Below are positions 15,967 through 25,200 of a stretch of DNA of 64,000 nucleotides, piece by piece (position 1 is the first letter of the stretch; every line of letters starts with the position of its first letter). Below the pieces are notes generated by a model, which was not told where the DNA came from, searched no databases, and worked only from the letters and a program-made list of their open reading frames with translations. A program made the translations under genes and the position numbers. The stretch is from Parcubacteria group bacterium GW2011_GWE2_39_37 (lineage in GTDB: Bacteria; Patescibacteriota; Patescibacteriia; Patescibacteriales; GWE2-39-37), in assembly GCA_000995135.1 (NCBI GenBank), contig LBWY01000010.1, positions 10,382 through 74,381 of the forward strand, written 5' to 3'.

Positions 15967-16431
15967 TTATTTCTTTTCGTTATTATTTACCAACTTGTTC
16001 AATTCTCTTTTGAACTCTGCCACATCTTTGAAAGACTGGTAAACGCTGGCAAATCTGATATAGGCAATTTTATCGATCTTTTTCAGATGTTTCATCACGA
16101 AAAAGCCGACCTTGTCACTAGTAACCTCTTCTTTTTTCAAAATCTGCAAATCCCTTTCCACTTGATGAACCAGTTTTTTAAATACATCTTCGGTAATCGG
16201 TCGTTTTTCCAAGGCTCTCTTTAAACCTCGAATTAATTTTTCACGATTGTAGGATTCTCTGCGCCCATCGCTTTTAACGATTGTTAAATCCAGAATCTCT
16301 AACTCTTCGTAGGTTGAAAAACGAAAGCCGCATTTCAAACATTCTCGTCTGCGCCGAATAGAAAAACCGTCGCTAGCGACTCTTGAGTCAACCACCTTTG
16401 TGTCCGCATGATAACAAACAGGACATTTCAT
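15967..16431 (-). CDS. nrdR: transcriptional repressor NrdR
   Basis: MKCPVCYHADTKVVDSR...CLKCGFRFSTYE zinc ribbon plus an ATP-cone. Confidence 0.92.
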   Translation of the reverse strand: MKCPVCYHADTKVVDSRVASDGFSIRRRRECLKCGFRFSTYEELEILDLTIVKSDGRRESYNREKLIRGLKRALEKRPITEDVFKKLVHQVERDLQILKKEEVTSDKVGFFVMKHLKKIDKIAYIRFASVYQSFKDVAEFKRELNKLVNNNEKK

Positions 16432-16632
16432 AAAAAGCGAATTAAATGCGAATTAATCTCAAAATTAATCACAAATTAAATCGAATTAAAATTTAACACC
16501 TACACCTGCAAGGACTAGATAATATGAATTCAATTCGCGATCTGCCAATAAAAAAACACCTTTTTTCTTTAAAATTCCGATAGGATTTTTAAGATGCGTC
16601 GTTTAAAGGTGTATTGCAGTTTCCTCCTGAAT

Positions 16633-16681
16633 AAACTATATCTTGTATTGTGTAATTTAATTATACCACTAGATATAGTAA
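16633..16681. promoter_or_regulatory. two candidate NrdR boxes upstream of nrdR-nrdD
   Basis: aaaCTATATCTTGTat (16633-16648) and ccaCTAGATATAGTaa (16666-16681) against the consensus acaCwAtATaTwGtgt (13/16 and 12/16 by eye). Centres are 33 bp apart. Confidence 0.5.
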
Positions 16682-16797
16682 TGTCAAACATACATAGTTT
16701 ATCTAATTTTAGAATAAATTTTTATATTTTCAAAGTCATTTTTGATAAATTATGAGAATAAATTTTACCGTGTGGATAACCTAATAAATCAACAAAG

Positions 16798-16842
16798 CAC
16801 GTGAACAAAAAAACACGTGAACAATCAATAAATGCTCACGTG
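16798..16842. repeat. CACGTGAACAA direct repeat plus a third CACGTG palindrome
   Basis: gCACGTGAACAAaaaaaCACGTGAACAAtcaataaatgctCACGTGctc, between the ftsZ stop and the nrdR promoter region. Confidence 0.45.
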
Positions 16843-16865
16843 CTCAGGTGTTTGTATGTTATTTT

Positions 16866-18041
16866 TTACATCATCTTCTTCCGAATAAATGCCGGAATTC
16901 CTAAATCATCCTCAATCTCCTCTGGCATGACTTCCCTCTTCTTCGCCGGCTCGGCTTGAGCTGCTTTGAGCGGAGAAATTTTATTTTTCTTGCGTTCCTG
17001 CATTATCTCACTTTCTCGCTGTTCATCATTGCTTAAAAAAGATGTCGGCACATATGAACGTTCTGGTTGACGAGTGGGGCCGACGGTTTTTCGATCAAAA
17101 CCGGTAGCAACTACCGAAATCTTGATTTCATCTTTCATCTTTTCATTGATAACTGCACCGAAAATGATTTTTGCCTCTTCGTCTGCAGAAGCGGTAATTA
17201 TTTTTGAAGCTTCATTAACCTCGTTCATGCTTAAATTCGGACCGCCCATTATGGTAAACAAGATTCCACGTGCGCCTTCAATTGACATCTCCAGTAAAGG
17301 AGAGCTGATTGCTGCTTTAGCCGCTTCAATCGCTTTGTTTTCTCCGGATGCCTGGCCGATACCCATCAAAGCTGAACCGGCGTTTGACATTACTGCCTTT
17401 ACATCTGCAAAGTCGACGTTGATCAACCCAGGAATGGTGATTAATTCTGCTATTCCCTGAACACCTTGACGCAGGATATCATCTACGACAGTGAATGCAT
17501 CAAGTAATGAAGTCTTTTTGTCTATAACCTGCAACAATCGATCATTAGGGATGGTGATTATAGTATCTACTTTGTCAGTCAAATCCATTAAGCCTCGATC
17601 TCCGATACCTTTTCTTTGTGCGCCTTCAAAAGCGAATGGCTTGGTTACGACTGCAACCGTTAAAGCACCCAGATCACGAGCTATTTCAGCGACAACCGGA
17701 GAAGCACCTGTACCTGTGCCACCACCCATGCCGCAAGTCACAAAAACCATATCAGCGTCCTTGAGAAGTTCTCTGATTTCATTTTGTGATTCTTCAGCCG
17801 CCTGCTTTCCTAGATCCGGGTTCATCCCGGCACCAAGACCGCGAGTGACAGCTTTTCCGATATGTAATTTTTTACTTGCTTTGTTGTAGTGTAGTGCTTG
17901 GATGTCTGTGTTAACAGCGATAAATTCCACTCCTTTTATCCCCTTCTCAATCATGCGATTAACAGCACTGCCGCCACCGCCACCGACACCGATAACTTTA
18001 ATTTTAGCAAAAGTTTCAACTTCTGGTTTTACTTCAGCCAT
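16866..18041 (-). CDS. ftsZ: cell division protein FtsZ
   Basis: VIGVGGGGGSAVNRM and GMGGGTGTGASPVVA tubulin signature. C-terminal DDLGIPAFIRKK peptide. Confidence 0.95.
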   Translation of the reverse strand: MAEVKPEVETFAKIKVIGVGGGGGSAVNRMIEKGIKGVEFIAVNTDIQALHYNKASKKLHIGKAVTRGLGAGMNPDLGKQAAEESQNEIRELLKDADMVFVTCGMGGGTGTGASPVVAEIARDLGALTVAVVTKPFAFEGAQRKGIGDRGLMDLTDKVDTIITIPNDRLLQVIDKKTSLLDAFTVVDDILRQGVQGIAELITIPGLINVDFADVKAVMSNAGSALMGIGQASGENKAIEAAKAAISSPLLEMSIEGARGILFTIMGGPNLSMNEVNEASKIITASADEEAKIIFGAVINEKMKDEIKISVVATGFDRKTVGPTRQPERSYVPTSFLSNDEQRESEIMQERKKNKISPLKAAQAEPAKKREVMPEEIEDDLGIPAFIRKKMM

Positions 18042-18155
18042 ATAAACGCGAATTATTACGAATTAATAATGAATTACAACGAATACGTTAATAATCCATT
18101 TTATATCTATTATCTTGATGATATCTTATATGCTACTAGTTGGCAATAGTACTCT

Positions 18156-18290
18156 AAATTGAATTTTTCAATTTTAAATTTCAAATTTTTAAACAATTTT
18201 CAATGAAATAATGACATAATTTTAACTCCTTTTGAAGCATTAAAAATTAAATCATTGTTTTAAAATTGAAAATTAAAAATTGAAAATTAT
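18156..18290. repeat. AT-rich palindromic element (TTGAAAATT family), copy 1
   Basis: Left arm aattttaaatttcaaatttttaaacaattttcaatga, right arm cattgttttaaaattgaaaattaaaaattgaaaatt. Occupies the ftsA-ftsZ spacer. Confidence 0.7.
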
Positions 18291-18291
18291 T

Positions 18292-19563
18292 TTACGGCAT
18301 CAATTTTTTGGCCCAATTTTTTACTAGTCCGACTGCTGTATCCAATGAATTCTTAGCAGAGCCGGCAAAAAGAGTCAATCTTTTCTGAGGTTTAGCACTC
18401 TGATTTCCCCATGCAACCAGTCCAAGAGCAGTAAGATAAGCCGGATCATTAACTTTATCGATGATTGCTGACAAGTTTTTGTTGGTACCGACACAGGCTG
18501 GTAATCGTAATTTAGCCTTGGCCACCTCTACCAAATCAGTCAATTGGGCACCGCCACCGATCAAGAAAACACCGGCAGGCAACATTCCTGATCGCTCAAT
18601 CTTCTTCAATTCATCATCCACTTTTTCAAATATTTCTTCTACCCTGGCTTCAATTATTTCTGAAATATATGAACGTGAGATCTTGTTCACTTCTTCGTCT
18701 GCTACACCCTCTTCTTCTGCCAATTGGCTGATGTCAACTTCTTCTCTTTTGTCGAATTTTTCTGGTTTGGCACTACCGTATTCTAATTTTATTCTCTCAG
18801 CCAGATTGATCGGGCAGCGGAGGCCGATGGCAATATCTGCAGTAATATGCTCCGAACCGATTGGCAAGACTGCGGCATGCAGCAATTCTCCTTCTTCAAA
18901 TACAGCCAAACTAGTGGTTGCCGCTCCAATGTTTATTACAGCAGCACCCAATTCTTTCTGCTTGTTAGTCACTACAGTTTCTGCGGCAGCCAATGGAGAC
19001 AGCACCAAATCTTCAATCTCAATTCCGGTGCGATATATCGCCTTGGTTAAATTATTGATTTGGGAAGATAATCCCTGGATTATTATGGTCTCCACTTCCA
19101 AACGCACGCCAGTCATGCCGATAGGGTCTTTGATATCACCTTGGTTATCGATGGTGTACTTCACCGGAATAACATGAAGGATTTCGTAATTGGGTGGCAC
19201 AGATAGAGCGCGAGCGGCTTCGATTGCCCTTTCCACGTCATCTTCGGTTATTTCACCATCGCTTTTGCCGATGGCGACCACGCCCCGACTTTTTTCGCAT
19301 TTAATATGAGGAACATTAATACTTACCCAGACCTTGTTTATCGGGACACCGACTAACCTCTCTGCTTTTTCCAAGCAAGCAGAAATCGAAGAAGTAGCAT
19401 TCTCTATACTATTGACTACTCCCCTATTTATTCCTTCAGAGGGAACATTAACTGCGCCGATAATATGGAGATTCTCTCCGTTATCATTTATTACTCGTTG
19501 ACCGATAACCATTCTTGTTGCGGTGGACCCGATGTCTAGACCGGCTACAATGTTTTCCTTCAT
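18292..19563 (-). CDS. ftsA: cell division protein FtsA
   Basis: Actin-like ATPase: GLDIGSTATRMV and GGGAQLTDL. Adjacent to ftsZ. Confidence 0.9.
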   Translation of the reverse strand: MKENIVAGLDIGSTATRMVIGQRVINDNGENLHIIGAVNVPSEGINRGVVNSIENATSSISACLEKAERLVGVPINKVWVSINVPHIKCEKSRGVVAIGKSDGEITEDDVERAIEAARALSVPPNYEILHVIPVKYTIDNQGDIKDPIGMTGVRLEVETIIIQGLSSQINNLTKAIYRTGIEIEDLVLSPLAAAETVVTNKQKELGAAVINIGAATTSLAVFEEGELLHAAVLPIGSEHITADIAIGLRCPINLAERIKLEYGSAKPEKFDKREEVDISQLAEEEGVADEEVNKISRSYISEIIEARVEEIFEKVDDELKKIERSGMLPAGVFLIGGGAQLTDLVEVAKAKLRLPACVGTNKNLSAIIDKVNDPAYLTALGLVAWGNQSAKPQKRLTLFAGSAKNSLDTAVGLVKNWAKKLMP

Positions 19564-19716
19564 AATGTTATGCCTTCAGCAGCCGCACAACGAATGCGGC
19601 ACATGTGAATAGTGTTTTAAGAGATTTTAAAAAAATTAAATGGAGTCTGCTTCAATTCTTTTATTGCAGATACATTTCTTTTATTATACTAAATATTTTG
19701 ATTTAGGACAAGGAAT

Positions 19717-20076
19717 TTAATCGATGAGATACGGTAAAAAAATGATCAGACCGATAACAACGGCTGACAATGCTGATAACAACACAGCCGCTGCCATGAT
19801 GTCTTTTATCTCCTTGACATAACTGCTGATTCTAGGCTTCAAAACATCAGATACTCGCTCCACTGCGCTATTTAAGATCTCCATCAAAATAACCAAGGAA
19901 ATTGAAAAAATTAACAATGCCCACTCAAGCCGTTCAATCCTTAAAAAGACTGCCAGAATAATCGCCATTAAAGCAGCGATGGTTTGGACCCTTAAATTTT
20001 GTTCTTCTCTAAAAGTTTTCAACAAACCGCGAAAGGCATATGTAAAACTTTTGTAAAGACGTTTGAAGCGAATCAT
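19717..20076 (-). CDS. dgkA: diacylglycerol/undecaprenol kinase family protein
   Basis: Three TM helices, FREEQNLRVQ and EILNSAVERVSD motifs. Canonical ybeY-dgkA order. Confidence 0.8.
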   Translation of the reverse strand: MIRFKRLYKSFTYAFRGLLKTFREEQNLRVQTIAALMAIILAVFLRIERLEWALLIFSISLVILMEILNSAVERVSDVLKPRISSYVKEIKDIMAAAVLLSALSAVVIGLIIFLPYLID

Positions 20077-20093
20077 TTATTTCAGAATTAAAA

Positions 20094-20498
20094 TTATAAT
20101 TTCAGTTTTTTTATTATATCCTCTCCGAGCTTAACCATGGCTAGACGATCTTTTTCTGTCTCATCATTATAGCCGATTAAATGCAGTAAGCCATGGACCA
20201 GGATAAAAATTAATTCTTGTTTTGCGGTGTTGCCGTATTTTTTTGCCTGCCTGCTGATCTGTTGATAATCCAGTAAAATTTCTCCCAAATCTTCTCCCTC
20301 CCCAGAAAAAGAAAGCACGTCGGTCGGTTTATTTTTACCTCGAAAGCGCAGATTCAAAGCGCTCATTTTACGATCTCCAATGAAGCCGATCGAAAGCTCA
20401 TGATGCTCTTTCTTAAAAAAGACCAATACTTTTTCGGCCGTTTTTTTTACCAGCTTCAAATCGATCTGGGTTCGGGTTTTATTATTTATTTCTACCAT
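20094..20498 (-). CDS. ybeY: rRNA maturation endoribonuclease YbeY
   Basis: HGLLHLIGYNDE zinc-binding motif. Confidence 0.9.
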   Translation of the reverse strand: MVEINNKTRTQIDLKLVKKTAEKVLVFFKKEHHELSIGFIGDRKMSALNLRFRGKNKPTDVLSFSGEGEDLGEILLDYQQISRQAKKYGNTAKQELIFILVHGLLHLIGYNDETEKDRLAMVKLGEDIIKKLKL

Positions 20499-20502
20499 GA
20501 GA

Positions 20503-21501
20503 TTATTTGGCCTCTATCGTAAAACTATCTATGACTAGCTGAAAAATATTTGGGTAATTCAAGGTATTGTCTAGACCCAAATTGTAATTTATGGTGATTA
20601 TTTCTTTGCCGTCAGTAATCAAATAGATAGTGGTATTGTCATCATTTTTTATACCTTGCCAATCGCTCTGTCCCGATAGATTTTTATGATTAATAATCCT
20701 GCTTTCACTTAAGCTGGTCAGATTGAACTCCTGTTTATACCAATCTGCAATCGATTGCTGATTCTGATTCGGTTGGCTGTTGAATTGGATGATTTGGTTG
20801 TCCGGTGCCGTAAAGATGATCGAATCATCCATCTCCCTGACCGACCAATCGGCTGGACGTAAAAAAGAATAGCCAAATTTTTTACTGGCATATCTGCTTA
20901 CCGCCGTATTTGCATCCAGCTTGCCAGAGCCGGCAGGATTATAAAATTTTATAAATTCCTCGTAGTCAGCGTAACTGTCTCCATCGCTGTCGCTGCTATT
21001 TATATTTGTGCCTAACAATCGTTCTTCTGGATCGGTCAAGCCATCACTATCATTATCTTTGGCCAAAACAGAAAAGGTGGTAACCGTACTGCTTGCGATC
21101 GGCGTCTCTACTTGCCCAGTAGTAGTGGCTGAAGAAGTTGCGATAGTTGTTATGATGCTAGAAGTAGCAATTACGATTGAGGTGGTCGCTGTCTCGACTG
21201 TTTTTTCTTCTTCGATCTGCTTGGTTTCTTCAATTGGCTCTATCTTCGGCTCAGTTGAATATTCAAATAGATAATAATATAAACCGATCGAAGTTGCGGC
21301 CAAAAAAACAAAACCTGCGATCAAAATAATCATACCGGTTGCCTTGGCCTTGCCTGCATCATTCTTGAGGGTCCTGAAATGTTCCGGCATTACATGGACC
21401 ATTATTTCCCTTTCTACCTCTTGTTCTATGGCCTTTTTTTCATCGATTAATTTCTGATCTGTATTTATGATCGGTTCCTTTTTTTTGGAAAAGTTAAACA
21501 T
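20503..21501 (-). CDS. membrane-anchored protein with thrombospondin-type-3-like Ca-binding repeats and a C-terminal globular domain
   Basis: One TM helix, a T/S/I-rich linker, then DNDSDGLTDPEE and SSDSDGDSYADYEE repeats. Confidence 0.6.
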   Translation of the reverse strand: MFNFSKKKEPIINTDQKLIDEKKAIEQEVEREIMVHVMPEHFRTLKNDAGKAKATGMIILIAGFVFLAATSIGLYYYLFEYSTEPKIEPIEETKQIEEEKTVETATTSIVIATSSIITTIATSSATTTGQVETPIASSTVTTFSVLAKDNDSDGLTDPEERLLGTNINSSDSDGDSYADYEEFIKFYNPAGSGKLDANTAVSRYASKKFGYSFLRPADWSVREMDDSIIFTAPDNQIIQFNSQPNQNQQSIADWYKQEFNLTSLSESRIINHKNLSGQSDWQGIKNDDNTTIYLITDGKEIITINYNLGLDNTLNYPNIFQLVIDSFTIEAK

Positions 21502-21528
21502 AAGTATTGCACTGAATAAAAACTTTTA

Positions 21529-22203
21529 TTATTGGATTAGCTTGCCTGCCCCTAGCGGATTATAGCCATTTTTAACTTCATCCCCATCCTTATAGCTATC
21601 CCCGTCTGTATCATCTTTCAAAGGATTTGATTTATATATCTTTACCTCATCATTGTCCGTTAAGCCATCGCTGTCCGAATCAGGCAATAATGGATTTGTA
21701 GATAATAAAGCTTCTGATGTGTCGGTCAAACCATCTCCGTCAGTATCTTTTTCAACTTCAACGACAGGAATTGAAGTAGTTGCTACAACAGAAGAAGTCG
21801 CGGTCTCGGCCTGCAATACCGCTTCAAGAGAAGTGGTAGCAGGTTCCGGTGGGATAAAAGTGCTCGGCACCAGCTCTACTTTATTTTCTACGATGTTATT
21901 GACTGCTGGCGGAATTGCCTCGGCATTCTTCTTTTTATCAAAAAAAGCAGAAAAATTATTCAGCAAAAACCATGCACCAAAAGCTAAGACTAACAATGCC
22001 AAGACTATAGCTCCGATAATAAAATATTTTTTGTTTTCATTTCCAGGCACTAGACTTTCCAAGTTTTCAGCAGAAGCAGCTGGCTCTACCGGTTGGAAAG
22101 GAACGGGTTTAGGATTCGTCGGAATGGTATTTTTTTCAACCCCGGCAAAGATATCTTCGGTTTTGGTTTTCACTTCAGGAGAATTGTTTAAATCATCAAA
22201 CAT
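21529..22203 (-). CDS. membrane-anchored protein with three thrombospondin-type-3-like Ca-binding repeats
   Basis: TM helix, then DTDGDGLTDTSE, DSDSDGLTDNDE and DDTDGDSYKDGDE. Confidence 0.6.
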   Translation of the reverse strand: MFDDLNNSPEVKTKTEDIFAGVEKNTIPTNPKPVPFQPVEPAASAENLESLVPGNENKKYFIIGAIVLALLVLAFGAWFLLNNFSAFFDKKKNAEAIPPAVNNIVENKVELVPSTFIPPEPATTSLEAVLQAETATSSVVATTSIPVVEVEKDTDGDGLTDTSEALLSTNPLLPDSDSDGLTDNDEVKIYKSNPLKDDTDGDSYKDGDEVKNGYNPLGAGKLIQ

Positions 22204-22249
22204 AATATTTTAATTTAATTGCCTAAGCAATGCCTAGGTTTTGATTTAT

Positions 22250-25200
22250 TTAATTAGGAGTCGCATCAACAGTCGAAATAACGCTTTCGTTACCTGCTTG
22301 ATCAATTGCTGAGACTCCAAAATAATACTTTACACCATTGGTCAGGCTGGCGATAGTCAAGGTCTTGGCGCTATCCATGTCCTGCTTAGCGCCATAAATT
22401 CCCGCGGCTGTTCCATAATAGACTCTATATACATCCTTGGGATCACTATTCCCTGGATCCGGGCTCCAAGTTAAAGTAACTTGGGTAGAGGCAGTAATCG
22501 CACTTAAGTTAACCGGCTTGCCTGGAGGAGCTATGTCTTTAGGAGTTGCTGAAAGTTCATTTGAATATGCCGTTTCCAGCTTATTACTATACTGGCTTGG
22601 AGCAGTTTGTTCATTGAATAATCCGGTTACCACAAAATAGTATGTTTGACCATTGGTAAGTCCTGACACCAAAGTGCCATGAACCGCCGGGTCGGAAATT
22701 GTAATGGATTGAGTGTATTCTCCACTCTTGGTACCATAGTAAACCTTATAACCGCTGACATTGCCGGCAGTTGCCCAAGTTACATAAACTCTGGCGCCTT
22801 GATCCTGACTGCTAACATTTGTTAACGCTGGGATATTGCTTTCAGGATTTTTAGCTCTTAAAAAATAGAACTCTTTCAAGAGATTGTCATATTGTCCTCT
22901 GGTTACCGGCTGGGCACTGATAGCATCCAGCTGTTTGTTGGATTCGCCGCTGCCTGCCATATCACGGCAATAATAAAATTCGAAATTAAAACTATTACTA
23001 CAGCCATTTGCATTCTCGCCTTCCAATCCAGGACTGCAATTATTGGCAGAATCTTTCCATGGCCACTTAGTTGGGTCTCCGACTGAAGGCCAAGGATTGG
23101 CGCATAGAAAAACATGGATGGCTGCTTTAGCATTCTTGGTACTGTCTTTGGTAGAGGGGTTGTTGATAGTGTCGGTGGTTATTTTTGCCTCAGTTTTAAT
23201 GAAGGTTTTGCCGTCTTGTACATTTTGAGCAATAACCTTGGTAGAAGACCCTGTTAATGAATCTACTTTTGCAACGGCAACGTTGTCAGATGCCCAGTTC
23301 CAAGACCAGCTATAAGAGCTGATAGGGACGATTCTCTGACCTGATGATGTTTTTGCAAAAGCTAGAAATACCTTGTCGTTATCATCTACAGAATCATATG
23401 TAGGACTGGAAGGATTGTCGTCATTTACTGAAGCATTGCCCGTTTTATAATCGACGTTGTTTTCTGCTGTAAAAAAAGCATAGCTGTTAGGGTTGATCAC
23501 TACCGAATCCAACCTGCAAATTCCGTCATCAACTATTACTGAACCATTTTTTACAATCGGCTTTGTTGTGAATTTCCAAGCATAGCCTGCATAATTAACT
23601 CCATTAAAATTCTTATCAGTAATCGGATTTGGATTGTTTGCCATACCGATTCCATACAGACTCAAGACCCCTTCCGCCTTATCATCGCTCGCATTGGCAT
23701 CGCCTTTGATAATTACATAATGATCTTTGTTCTCGGCCAAAACTTGAGCAGGTGAAAAAGTTACCACGCTTCTACCTGCTTCATTATAACCTCCTACCGT
23801 ACCAGTAACGGCGCAAAAATTCTTGTTACCTACCGCATTGGCATTGCCGCCGAATAAATTCTTTACCCAATGCCAAACTTTTGCTAAAGCGCCTGTTTTC
23901 TCGTTTAATGTTAAATAGGTGGTTCCTGCCGGACACTGCTCCGTGCCATAATCACCCACCACGACAATATTACTGCTAAAACTGGCCAGATCCATAACTT
24001 GATCAAAAGTGGCAGAGATTAATGGATTGCGACAAATGCCGGTAGCTCCATTGGCCGGTTCGGTCGGTGGAACAACTGTCGGTCTGGCACGACAGCAAGT
24101 ATCGATACCGCAGCCTTCAGCAGTACCGCCATTACACTGGTTGTCGGCAGAACAACCGCAAAACAAACCGCGATTATCACCGCTGCATGGCGTTTTATTT
24201 TCAATACAAGTCAAAGTAAGCGTTGGGGTAACAACCTTGGTATCTCCTGGGGTACAACAGCAACGACAATCACTGCTTTGCGTCAAACAAGATAAACCAT
24301 TATTTACACCGCAACTGTCTGTCCCTTCAGTACAGACTGGCAGATTTTTACAGGACTGACCGGCTGCAGAATCGTTCGGGTCCACCTGGCAAGTACAGCT
24401 TTCTGTTTTACAGATCAAGCCAGTGCTGCATTTGTTATTATCTGGATCACACTGTTGAGTAGCGGTGTTAGAATCACAAGGGTCTCCAACATCACCTGGA
24501 GGATCAGGTGGTTCATTATTGTCTTCACACGTTCCCAAGCCGGCAGCCCCAGCAGTATTACAGGTTTTCAATGAGTGTCCGGAACAATTGCAAGCCGCAT
24601 CAGAAGCAGCCTGGTCAACTACACCGTTGATTTTCACCGTACAACCGGTGCATTGGCCAAAGCCAGTGTTGATGCCGTTCGGTCCGTCAGTAATGCTAGT
24701 ATCACTGCCGCAAGTTCCGGCACAAGATAAGCCGAGACAGCAATCCTGCGCTGATTTTTCAATCCTGCAACAGCATTCGCAAGAGGCAGCTTCTGAAACA
24801 CATTTGCCATTGGTGCAGGTAGAATCTTTCGGACAAATTTGCTGTTCCAATACGCAAGCACCTGCACTGCAACTAAGGCCGTTGGCGCAAGTTGAACATT
24901 CTTCCGGGTTACCCAATGCGCCTATAGTACAGAAGTTGTTCTGGTCTTTATATGAACCTAGCGGACATGATCCAGTAATCGGCAATTGCCAATAGTTCTT
25001 GTCGCCTACCTTATTACATTGTTGCACCACTCCAGAGACCGTGCGAGTGGTGTCACAAGTTGAGTTATTTAATTTACATTTATTGAAATTAGGGTCACTG
25101 GCACTGCTGACATAACTACAAAAGCCTCCAGCACAAGCCGGATTAAGTGTTCCGCAAACTGTCGCGTCACATTGTCCGACAACCTTATCGCTTGCAGTTT

